Shown: positions 51,487 through 63,180 of the stretch, one piece after another
How the letters are laid out: every line of letters starts with the position of its first letter
How positions within the stretch are numbered: the stretch's first letter is position 1
Assembly: GCF_000143415.4 (NCBI RefSeq)
Contig: NW_003314393.1
Location: forward strand, 26,199-90,198
Length of the DNA stretch: 64,000 nucleotides
Reading direction: 5' to 3'
From: Selaginella moellendorffii
Taxonomy: Eukaryota > Plantae > Lycopodiophyta
Translations under genes and position numbers: made by a program
Notes under the pieces: model-generated
Told to the model about the DNA's origin: nothing
The model's input: only the letters and a program-made list of their open reading frames with translations
Database searches by the model: none

Positions 51487-54400
51487 TCAAGCCTCCTCTG
51501 ATTCAGATTCGGATTGTTCACCTTGAAATAAAATACATTAGAAACTTTGTAAAGGAATATTAATGAATCTCACCTTGAACCCGAGTTATGAATGCTCTTG
51601 CTGCATCTCTTGCATGGTCTGGCAAGGTGATGGTGGCACTCTGCTTCCGCATCCAACCATGCACAACATTATCCACCGATATGCTCATGCTGGGATCCAT
51701 TGGATTCAGCACCCATATCTTTTCTAGGCAATCCTTCGTATATCCGGAATTTGGCTTGAACCACTCCACAGTTACATTGAAGGAGTTAGTTTCCGCGTCC
51801 TCCTCTGCATCAGTGATGCAGCGCCCCACCCATATCATTTGTTTTTTATTACTGGGTCTGATAAGCACGACCATTCCTTTGCAGACCTGTACTGGATTGA
51901 ATGCTGAATCCGGCTTCTTGTTCCTCGGCCCACAATAGTGATCCTCAACATCGTTATCTGTCACTGCATTTCCAGAGGACATTGTTCCGCTACTATCTAG
52001 TGCTCTGGGTTTTGGCCAAAAGGACTCTTCCAATTCTTCATATACAACCAGCCCATTTTGGATAGCAGATATAATCTTCTCCCAGTATTCGAGCAAAGGC
52101 TTGCACCTCTGAAAATAGGATTCTCCACCAAACACCAACCCCCTCTTCCAGAAGGCAATATGCTGTCTAATCCCGGCCACTATACTTTCCTGGTCTTTGA
52201 GTCCATCCGGGTGCATCGGCCGTGGGGAACCCTGAGGAATCATAGGTTCCCCAGTTATGGGATCTCTCTTGAAGAGTTCAATGCCGTCCACTGGCAGCCA
52301 CACTGTGTCCCATTCTCTCATCTTGTACCTCATCACTGGAGCACCGTCACACATGCTGAAATGAAACTGAAGAGGCTTGGAGTGGCCAATCAGCGTTTCG
52401 GATCCATCCCTGATGTAGCCTCTTACAAACCCCTTAAAGTCTGGAACCTCTGTCAGAAGTGCAGCTTTAACAGTGCCTTTGATGCAATTTTGGAATTCAT
52501 CGTAGAGTTGTGGGAGGGTGAGGACATTGGATCGCCGGAGGGACTCTGCCAGGTGACTGAACATAGCATCGACGTCTTCATGAGTGTGCCCAACCATGAG
52601 AAAGCCAAGTGTAACCGTTTCAAATATGCCTTTGGCAACAAGCATCGCCAAGTACGCGAAGACGTACATGGTTTTGTTCTCACTGCCAGCATTGTCTGTT
52701 TGGAGCAGAAGATGGGGTGGAAGGCCACATCGGCCGCAAGAACTTCCTTGAGATTCTGCTTCGTTTGGATGAGGCTGTGCATTCACCGGGCGACCAGCCT
52801 CGTCGGAATGGCATGAGGCCTCACGTGATAACCCTACAATCTGACGGCCAACATATTCACTGGGATGGCATGGGGCCCCACGTGATACTGCAAGCCTTTG
52901 CTCCTCCTCCAGCTGAACCCTGTATGGGGTTTGATCGACAAGGGCCTTATGCAAGGGTTGGCCGTTCAGCTCAGTCTGCGCACTTTGCAGAGACCTTAAG
53001 TGTTTTGCTAGGGACGCAATCATCATGTTTGCACCCCCGCCACCCCATAGAGGTACAAAGAAGTTCCCATAGTTCTGGGCACCATGCCCATGAGCGATTA
53101 TGCCAAACAGAGACACAGGCAGCTGCATGGATGAAGAGATTGCCTTGGGGGCAGGATTGAGTCGAGGTAAGCACGTCTTTTTCTGGTCCATTTTGTCGTG
53201 GATGATGCAGAGGTAAGAGTCAGGTCTCTCCATGGAGAGAATCTTGTTATGATAATATGCAGTCCTGCAGCTTCTTTGCTCGATGTTGTGGTCGAGCCGC
53301 CTTCTAACCAACGTCTCTCGCTCTTGAGCGCTGCAAGAATTCTTCGACAAAGCCATTTTGATAGCAGTGCACTCGTCACACTTTGAAAAGCTGGAGTACT
53401 TTCCTATACTCACATCCCTGAACCTGTTGCTCCACAATCTACTAAATCTAGATTGGCTCAGCTTCCTGTAGCCATTACTCTGGAGTTCCCGATTCACATC
53501 TTCCAATATGGCCCCCTTGGTATACATGGAAGGGAGAACTCGTTGGGTGTCTTGTGTTCCATCTTCCAAGAGGCGGGTTTTATGTGGTTGCTGCTCGCTA
53601 CATGTCTCGACAAACCTCTTGAAGATTGCCTCTCCATATACAACATGACCCCTGGTTTTGTGCGTACCGTCGTTCCCATGGACTGCCTGTTGAACCCTTT
53701 GTTCCTCGAACTCAGTTTTGATTCTGTAGAATGTGGTTCGAGGGACTCCATAAATGATTCTCCATGCCTTCATGCAGACCAAACCCGTCTGGAAGACCAT
53801 GCCCCCCACCTGATGTTCTGAAGCATCAACAGATGACCGTAATGCCTCATACACAAAATTGCGAGCTGCCTTCCAGGACAATGTCTTGTATCTTGCTCTC
53901 TCCTCTTCAATAGCATCCCAATCAGCATGTTGACAGCACCTCCTCTTGCAACAAGCAACTGTCGAGACCATTCGAACCTCCATCGCCATTTTCTGCCTTT
54001 TCGGTTCGTTGCTCAGATCCCTTTGGCTGCGCTTTAGGAAGGTGTACTTTCTTTTCCCATGAAGAGATGTTCTGTCATCAGTTGTAGTGGTGTTTGATTG
54101 TGAATCCTTCACATTCTCAAACACTAAGTGCCTCAATTTCCACCGCACAATGCTTCCAATAGTCAGACTGTTTTCTTCTGTGTCAACAACCTCTAAAATC
54201 GCAACTCCAATATCATCCCAGCCCAATTCTTGATTAGCAACTGCATCTCTTGGATCGACAACTTTGGCTAAGCCCTCAGCTACCACCTCCCCCTCGGGGT
54301 TGTTTAGAAACACTTTTGCCTGAATCCATGTAGCACGGTTCTTAAGATCCACGGAGGGAACATGCGTCGCACTTGCGCTGTCCCCAACATCTGCTTTCTT

Positions 54401-54628
54401 CTGAAGATTTTTCAAGGCAACAATAACATTTACCCCGACGACCATCTCTCCTCGTTCAATAGCGACCACATTCCCATTGAAGACAGTCTCTACTGATACA
54501 GCAGCATTGCCTTCCCCAAGCCTTTCACAGTGTATAACAAAGTTCCGATCCATAGACACAAGGGTCCCTTTTGCAACTCTCTTCCCACCATTCAAAATGT
54601 AAACCTTTTCCCCAACCCTGAAGGCCAT
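51487..54628 (-). CDS. Sola-type (probably Sola1-like) DDD transposase, ~1022-1029 aa
   Basis: Uninterrupted ORF 51560-54628 with CC..CC, VCMKAWRIIYGV, SKCDEC and catalytic-type motifs IIHDKMDQ / LQTDNAGSENK / FLMVGHTHEDVDAMFS. Two tandem N-terminal beta-rich repeats (VAxG...LG...V.V) and a C-terminal SH3/Tudor-like segment. A probable 52-nt intron (51522-51573) adds a last exon GEQSESESEEA-stop. Confidence 0.88.
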
Positions 54629-54994
54629 TCTGAAAGTGCAGAAAAGAAGTTAAGACCATACAAAAAATGATTGGAGAATGGCCTAAATCATAACATACCA
54701 AACAACCTCAATAGCATGAGGCCACATGCCATTATTCAAACATGCTATTGACACCCACGTGAAATTTCGCATTCACAAAATTGGCATGAGGCCTCATGCC
54801 ATCTTGATATACACACAGCTGCAGGCAAGTAAAAACATACATGACAATACGCTAGCCATGAAATTGCAAGGGCCCAAGATGGCATGTGGCCTCATGCCAT
54901 TTCTAAATGTGGTCCTAAGCCATTCCATGGTGAACATACCAGGAAGCACAAGTGCCGAATATCAAGAGGAAGCAGTAGCCACACCAAAGACAGT

Positions 54995-55210
54995 GCCGCT
55001 CGCAACACCGCAACTACTCGTAGCGCCGCTCGCAACACCGCAACTGCTCGTAGCGCCGCTCGCACAAACTGCCACTCGCATAAACTGCCGCTCGCAATGG
55101 CGCTCGCAATGCCGCAACCGCTCGTAGACGCATAAACCACAGCCCACAACGCCGCTTACACAAGCAGCGCTCACTGCGCTCAGCGGAACCAAGAACACGG
55201 CGCACAAAAA
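54995..55210. repeat. CpG-rich 30-bp tandem repeat upstream of the transposase (also ~12497-12710, ~32201-32412); likely promoter / 5'UTR
   Basis: (GCCGCTCGCAACACCGCAACTRCTCGTAGC)x2.3 followed by CGCTCGCAATG repeats. Confidence 0.7.
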
Positions 55211-56994
55211 TGATAGACCTAGGAATGAGTTCAAGAATTCACAAATAACACACGCTTGAACGTCACATCAAATCCTCTGACAAACCAGATCTTATGATTC
55301 CTCTGACAAATTTCAAACTGAGTAGCTTCTAGACTTTGCTGTCGGAGGTTGAACTTTGTCACATCATGTCCTTGCCTCGATCCAGCTGTGCCATGTCAGT
55401 GATTCGAACTTTGCCATGCCATGTCAGCGATCCGCGCCAAGATTATTCGCCGTGTAAAGGAATAATTACGCTGTGTGTGTCCGTCCATTTATGGCAATAT
55501 AAGGCCACACGCCATTCAGAGAATAATGCTCGACCTAAGGCCACACGCCATTCAAAGAATAATGCTAGTCGAGCATTTTTTGGTGCATTTTTGGGTTCAA
55601 AATTGCATGAGCCCACACGCTATAAAGTTTACCTGTACCAAAAATAGAAACAGCTTTATTTACTTGGGAATTTAAATGGTTGAGGCATTTTTAAACTTAC
55701 AAACACATGCCCTACTTACATTCCTTTGGTTGCTTAAAATTCAAAAATATTATAAACCTTTCTTTTTGCATTTTCAATGTTTTCAATTATGGTTTTTGAT
55801 TTTCGTATGACCAGCCTAGTAATCTATTTGCATCCCGTCATGTTTATAGCTAACTTTCGTTTGTCCCCTTCGCTAGCCTGAGATACATCTGCTCGGCATC
55901 TGCCTCTTACAGCATTTGCCCAGAAAGGGCATCTTTCTTCACGCAGCATTTGCCACATGTTTAGGGTTTAGGGTTTAGCAATTCAGTAGCTTGATAAACA
56001 TGCAAATACAGAACTTGATGCAAAATCCTTTGATATGTCACAATGCCCCTAGGACCATAAACACATTTCAATAGAGAGGGTCCTTTCATTTCATAACTCC
56101 TTACGTAGATCTTGGTGAAACCAGAGTTAGTGAAGTTAGTTTCTTGTGATCCCGCATCTGATTGTGATGTCCCTTTGCAGTTTCGATGGAAAGGTCAATG
56201 CACACCAAACTGTGAAATCTTGGAGCAAAATAACGGTCGGATCTATGGCAAATGCCCCTGAAACATTGTAAGGCTCGTGTGGTCTCATGTGGTGTCCGAT
56301 TGAGATGCTTCTTTGCAGGGTCATCAAGAAAGACATTGTATACCATTCTGTAAAATCTAGTGCGATCTAACGGTTGGATCTCCAGAAAACTCAAAAAAAT
56401 CTCGCGCGTGTCAGAATATCCTAGGAATATACTCCTATGTGCCCCTGAAAATGGCATGCGGCCCCACGCCATTCAAGAGATAATGCCAGATGACGCCGAG
56501 AATTTTTTGGTGCATTTTTTGGGTTCAAAATTGCATGAGCCCACACGCTATAAAGTTTATCTTTGCCAAATAGAGAAAAGTTTATCTGTGTCATGTGAGG
56601 TAGTTACAGTCCTTTGTGCTCGGCATCTGCCTCTTGCAGCATTTGGACTGAAAGGGAATTTTTCTCCATTCAGCATTTGGCCCTGAAAATGGCATGCGCC
56701 CACACGCCATTCAAGGAATAACGCCACAGGACGCCTGGATTTTTGGGTTTAAAATGTTTTGGGTTTTTTGGGTTTTTTCAAAATATTTTGGGTCCAACGT
56801 TTTTTGGGTTTCTTTGGTTCAAAATTGCATGAGCCCACACGCTATAATATTGATTTGAGAGAAAAATAGAAACAGATAGAATTTCTTTATTTAGCTGAAC
56901 ATCTGCCATTTTTGGAAATACAAGATGCTTTGGAATATCCAATCATGCATGGTATAAATATAGCGAGGGTATTAAATGATATCCCAATCATGAT

Positions 56995-57365
56995 CTTTCT
57001 TTTGGATTTCGCGTGCATGCAGTCCAAGGAATGATGACGTTGCGGATTTCTTTTGGATTTTGCGTGCTTGCATGCGCGCGGCAATCCAGAAATTAATGGT
57101 GGCGCCCAAGTCCGAGGAATGATGACGTGGCGGGATTACCAACCGTTGTGACATTTCGCGCGTGTGAGGTTAGGTTTTGCATTTTGCTTTGTACTCGCGC
57201 TCGCACACTCGCGCTCGCGCTCACATCACACTTGCGCTCCCGCTCGCATCGCGCTCCCACTCGCGATCACGCTCACTTCTCTACAGGTTTCTCGTGTGCA
57301 TCGGCGTCCACTCGCGCTTGCATCACACTCGCGCTCGCATCGCGCTCGTGTGCATCGGCGTCCAC
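56995..57365 (+). promoter_or_regulatory. Probable promoter of the cargo gene: ~50-bp repeats with ATGATGACGT followed by a CGCG-dense CTCGCGCTCGCATCG tract
   Basis: Repeated TTTCTTTTGGATTT..CGTGC and GAGGAATGATGACGT units, 200-600 bp upstream of the ATG at 57575. Also at ~34480-34815; deleted in copy 1. Confidence 0.5.
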
Positions 57366-57574
57366 TTCAAGACACACCCAGTTTGTAACTTCGCCGCCAA
57401 CTCCGCCGCCCACTCCACCACCCACACGCAGCCCACTTGGCGTCCCGGGAGATTTCAGCACCACTCTCCAACTGTAAGTGGCAGAGTAGCCTTGCTGCTA
57501 CGATCCGCTGCACACACAGTGCACATTCGCCAGCGAGTCCGGCCTCGATTGTCACGGCCTCCATTCGGCTTCAA

Positions 57575-60500
57575 ATGGTAAGTCTTTTAGACCAAGTAGA
57601 AAATGGCATGAGGCCACATGCCATTCAGTAGCAACATTGGCATGCACCGATTGGGCTCTCGAGTGCAGTCTGGTTACAGATGGCGTGTAGCCTCACGCCA
57701 TCTTTGGATGCAGCCTCAAGACATCTGATGCAGTGGTGAATGGCGTGTGGCCTCACGTTATTTCCAGCTGCTAGCTTTTCATCTGTCAGCTCTAATTGTT
57801 GTGCATTTTTGAACAGGCGAGGAATTGCGTTCTTCTTCCAGCCACTGTCAATGTGGATGCAGAGAAGGGGGAGGAGCTCACCAGTTGGACTTTTGGGATG
57901 GAAGGCGAGGATCTGATGCTGTACAACACAGATGGTGGGAGAAAAGAATGCATGGGGATCCTCATCCAAGTGACAGACACTCCATGCAGTTCCATGCAAG
58001 AATATGGACTGGCACTTGTGGTAGAGACAGCGTCCGCCTTCAAGATCCACCTTGCACATCCTAGCGGCTTCCCGGAGGGGGGCAGCGGCTATGAGGAATT
58101 CCTAGAGGGAGCTAGGGAGAGGTTGTCCAGGAGGCCCACAATTTCAAAGACGCTGCGGGTCTATGAAGATCACATGGAATCCACGGACCTCACCTACGGC
58201 GATGTTCAAAAACTATATTCCAACATTGAGCCGTTGAGAGTGCCTCCAGTTTGCGAAGCGAAGGGGAAGGGGGTCAATCTGGAAACTACCCCGAAGCAGA
58301 AAAGGGTGGTCAAGCTCAAGCCGACGTCCGACTCTGCTGCTCCAAAAAAGAAGCTACTCGGTGATGCCATTGCCTCGGGTTCGAACACTACACCCACCAA
58401 AAAGAAGAGCCGCAAAGAGCAAAAAGAGCAAGAAGAGGCAGCAAAAATCGTCGCAGATAATAGTACTTGTTACTATTCCAACAAAGTATATACAATCGAC
58501 GTGAGCCGTATCGAGATCCAAAGCAAATACAACCACAGGCTAGTATCTGATGAGTGGGTGGAGAAACTGAAGCAGAAGATGCTGGCAAGTCCAGTAACAC
58601 CCGACATCACAAACGTGATCCCCTACTACCGAATAATGAAGGGCGAGACGAGGTTTCCAGACTTGATCAATAGGAAGGTGTTGGACGATCAGAACATCCG
58701 GTTCTATGCCGTCTCCTGGCAGCATTCTAGCTTGGCGATGCAACAGATAGTTGTGGATATTATGGTGGGCGAGGAGGTGAAGAAAGTCTTCAAGACAAGA
58801 GTTGTCCGCCTGATAAAAGGCAACTCGCCCCTCCGATCTATCATATACATCTCCCACACGCAGAATGTCAAGCAAGAAACGTGCTACAAATCGGGTCTGC
58901 ACGAGACATTGGCACGAACACGGAAGCTCTGGGTTCAACTGAAGAAGCCACAAAAACCAGGACAAGGACGTGCACTAGCAACTAGCACCTGGCAGGTAAG
59001 CCTTGTTGCATGTGGCATAGCATGTGGCCTCACGCCATTTCCATTGCAGGAATTCTCGAGTCTTCTCTCGAAAACACTGGGGGTCAATGACACACTCAGC
59101 ATCCATAACATTCTACTCGCGACAAAAGTTGTTTTTGACAAATGGGTAGATGTGCTAAGGAGGTACCATGACGGGGAGTTGCTAAACTCAATGGGTGTGG
59201 AGGACAGCCGGAAGCCCAATGATTTGAAGCTCAACGCCTTGCGTTTCTCGCGGTCTCTAGACGACGACGACCTTCTGACAGTGGCTAATGCTCTTCTACG
59301 TGGTGAGGTAGTCTTCAACAAGACCAAAATGACTCCCGGCCATATTGTGACATACGAGGACTTGTGCACGACTCTGAGAGCTCGTGCGCTATTGAAGGAT
59401 TGGATCTTCGAGCAAGTGGCCGTGGCGAGGGTGAGCATCGACACCACGCAAGAGATGATGGAAGAGCTGGACTTGTCAAATGAAGACATCGACGAGTACG
59501 TGAAGGGGGCCCCCAAGTTCATCGATCTGCTGCGGGATGCCACGAAAAGTAAAGCTGAGAAGTTGGATCAGTATCCAAATTTCATTAAGAGGGATGTCGA
59601 CCGCCGGCTTCAGAAACAGCTCGACCCCGCAGCAGAGGCCTATCGAGAACCTTACCGGGTATACGTGAATTCGGATGAGGATCAAAGGTGGAGGAGCATC
59701 GTTTCCCGCGTTGATGAGCAGGTCAAGAACATCTTTTGTGTGATGGACTTCACAAACGAGGAGATCACTCATGCAGACGAAGTCAGCTCCATCATTGACT
59801 TAATGGTGGGACTTGCGGAGGTGGAATCTTCAGTCCACTATATGATCTACGACTCCGAATCCTATCACAAGTTCTAGAAGGCCTTGAACGAGGTGAAGGC
59901 TCGGTTGAAAGGCAAGGAGATGCGGGAGATCCATGGGATAATGGCTAAGAAGAAGATACCGACGAATGTCCGCATCTTCACACTCGCCCTTGTTATTGGT
60001 CCTGCAGCAGAGTGGGACTGGAGTGACTTCCCAGCTTCGTTCAACAAAGCCGATCGAATTGATCTGAGGGAGGTCAATTTACCCGTGCCTGAGGAACTGA
60101 AGACGGCTATGGAGCTTTCGAATCCAAAGAAAGCTCCAGGTGCAGCATGGGAAATGCTCAGCTGGGTCTTCAACGCAATAGCGGGTGACTCCAAGGGCAA
60201 ATGCGTTGTCGAGTACAACTGCGGCGGACTATTCTTTCGAGCCGCACTACTCAAGGGTGTCCCGTGTGTTGCGGTGACAAACTCCATTGAAGAGGTGACT
60301 TCAATGGAGCATATAATTACAGTTGCCAAAGAAAAACAGTATCTTCTCTACGAACCTGGTGAGTACGCACTTTAAGTTTAAATGTTATCTCACAAGCTCT
60401 GTATGCAGGAGCGTGGCCACCCCCAGATGCTGAAACGGCGTTAACAGCTACTGATGTTAGGCCGAGGTCACAACCTGCACAAGGTAAGGTCACGTGAGGC

Positions 60501-63180
60501 CTCACGCCATTTTGATTATAGATCGTTGTGAATATTCAGACACGAGGACTGAAAAGTGCACTGGTGGCGCGTCGAAGAAGGACAAACAGACAAGCAATAG
60601 GAAAAAAGGAGGTACAAATTATATTTGCAATGGCGTGTGGTCTCATGCCATTCCTTGCAGGAGACACTTCTTCAAAGGCAAAACAAGCAAGCACCAGCCA
60701 AGCTCAAACTGACAGTGGTCATAAAAAGCGAAAGCACGTTGGACAGTCGTCGGGATCAGAGGCGTTTGATTCGAAAAGGAAGAAGGGCAACGAAAAGATG
60801 ATAGGTAATGCCTCGCGGTTATGGCGTGTGTGCTCATGCCATTCATTGCAGATCAAGGGCTGAGTGAAAGGAGCCAGTCACCACCTTCTGACTCAGATTC
60901 CTATGGCGGACTCCCCTTCCCCAATCTCAATGGAGAGGTACAATGGATGAGGGATGCTTTTCAAGTCAGGGCCATGTTTTTCTCATCTCGTCGTCTTCGA
61001 AGGGTGCAAGAACGTGCAGAAACCATGTTAAGACAGTCGGGTGAGGATACGGTCCTAGGTCACGCACTAAAACAGGCTATGGATGTCTTGTATTTTGAGA
61101 TGGAGACTCGGCCAGATGATTTTTCCAAGATGGTCCTGGAAAAACAAGCAATCCAGCCTGAGCAGCCTATGGAAGAAATGCAAGAGGGGGATGAGGAGCC
61201 AGAGAAAGATAATGAGCAGGAAGAGCAGAAGGACGAAGAGGAGGACAAAGAAGAGGAGGACGAAGAAGAGGAGGACGAAGAAGAGGAGGACGAAGAGGAC
61301 TTGGATGGTCCTCACAATGGTGACGATCACAATAACGACGATGACGATGATGATGATGATGGCCAGCCTGAGGTGGCCAAAGAGCAGCGGAGGAAGGTCA
61401 TACAAGACAAACCATCAGGTAAATAATAGTACATCCATTCCTAACCTTTTACCATTTCTAACATTGTCCATGTAGGTCGCAGAAGAAATGGTAAGTAGAG
61501 ATTATTCAGTTGAATTAAGATACAAACTCTAGCCTTTAGTGTCGAGGAAGGATAGTGCCAAGCAAGGGTCGAAACGTATGTCCAATCCTTCAGAATCAGC
61601 AGTGCGCCCAAGTGATATCGGTCCTAGTTCCTCAATAGCAGTTGATGGTAAATACAGTATAGTCGATTCAATGTGCTAATGAGTTTGTTTTTAGTAGCAC
61701 GGGAGGATACCATCTCAATCGAAGGGAGATATTTGGACATGCATATGGATCCGCCAGTGGACTCTACTTGCCTGCAAGAGTCATCAGAGCTGGTGGAGGC
61801 TACTATCCATATCAACGCCAAGCAAGCTGACCACGCTCCACTTGATGCTGCCCATACCACTGAGTCAATCTTGTCCACGTATCCAACTGACGGTGACCAG
61901 GCGCCATTGGACCCGCATGAGGCCGCCCCAGCCGCCGAGCCGGTCGTATCCTCATTTCCAACGTGTGCCCAATCGTCTGACTACGCGCCGTTGGAACCTC
62001 CCTACACCGCCCCTGCTGCCTGTTCGGTCATGTCCACTTTGCCAACGGAGGCACCAGCTGAAATGGCGTGTGATCACACGCCATCGGAACCACCCCATGC
62101 CACTGTTGAGCCAGTTGTACCAGAGTCTACAGCTGAAATGGCATGTGCCCACACGCCATCGGATGCGATTGACCCCACATTGCAGAGGAGAGTATTTCCG
62201 CCCTTCACGTTTCCTCGACCAAAACCCTCTGAACGACCATCGGGAGCACCATTCGCTAATATTGTAGATGGTAAAATTGACTTGTACCATTTTTTATGCT
62301 AACACATTTCATTTCAGAATCACGGCGAAAGTACTGTATCGTTTTTGATCTGAACGGTGTCCTTTTCTCCCATGAGCGTGGCTCGTCCTCGAATGTCACT
62401 GCACCCTCCAAAGCCTGCGGTCGCAAGTTGGTCAAAAGAGACAGATTCACATTAATCACACGGGAGAAACTGCGGGATCTAATAATGACCATGCGACACT
62501 TAAAACAGAGGGCCGGGTTCAATTTGCAATTGGGAGTTTGGACATCCATGATGCGCCACAATGCATTAACATTGCTACAGATGATGCACAATCAGACGCG
62601 AGTAATATTACCATTTGACTTTCTCCTAACGCAGGAGGATTGCTTGACTATGGTCCATGTGAGGGGTAGCAAGCCCATCTTCGTCAAGGCAGAGGCTGTA
62701 GTGATGAACCGGACTGCTAGGTCAAGTGAAATCCTCATCATCGATGACTCGCCGATTAAAACTGCAGCGAACACGCACACATATGCAGTGCACCCCATCT
62801 CTTGCAGTATGGAAACTAGGGAGAAGAAACCGTATGTTCTGGGGGACCTTGCAAAACGGCTTGAAGCGATGGTGATAGAGAACCGGCCAGTCCAGGAGGT
62901 GGCTGCAGAAATCAACCAAATGGCAGATGGAACGGTATATCAGAAGCCATTTGATCGGACAGACACCAGTCATCATTTATGGCATGTATATTGTCTAGCC
63001 AAGCACTATCCGCATCTCCATAATCTGCTCAACCGGATGGGTTCTTCGACCACTGAACATGAGCGTGGACGTATTAGAGAAGAGATGGCATTACTATTGG
63101 GTTTAAATCCTGATAGTGTGGAGAGTGATGAAATTCCAAGATTATTGTATAGGCGTTGGAGGCAAAAAATAACAGTCTGA
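57575..63180 (+). CDS. Transposon cargo gene, 11 exons, ~1636 aa: ParB/Srx-like + degenerate DNA-MTase fold + basic/acidic linker + FCP1/NIF-like HAD domain (one premature TAG at 59875 in this copy)
   Basis: GT-AG splicing of exons 57575-57577, 57817-58995, 59050-60358, 60409-60483, 60540-60611, 60661-60804, 60852-61418, 61476-61490, 61540-61647, 61695-62270 and 62318-63180 gives 4911 nt in a single frame. Motifs: FYAVS(G)QHSSLA; KCVVEYNCGGLFFRAALLKG; IVFDLNGVL..GVWTSMM..ILIIDDSPIK. Confidence 0.8.

Noticed and set aside
52058-52816. Antisense ORFs over the transposase (also 2360-3118, 29652-30449) and over the cargo gene (e.g. 58935-59543)
   Set aside because: Shadow frames of real coding sequence, repeated only because the element is repeated; no domain features.
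54726-55234. ORFs in the CpG-rich repeat region (also 12228-12757, 31932-32413, 57127-57631)
   Set aside because: Low-complexity GC-rich promoter/UTR repeats that are open in several frames.
57796-63180. Treating ORFs 57796-59877, 59884-60375, 60821-61426, 61673-62302 and 62296-63180 as separate genes
   Set aside because: They join in frame through canonical short GT-AG introns, and the 59875 stop is TGG in the other two copies.
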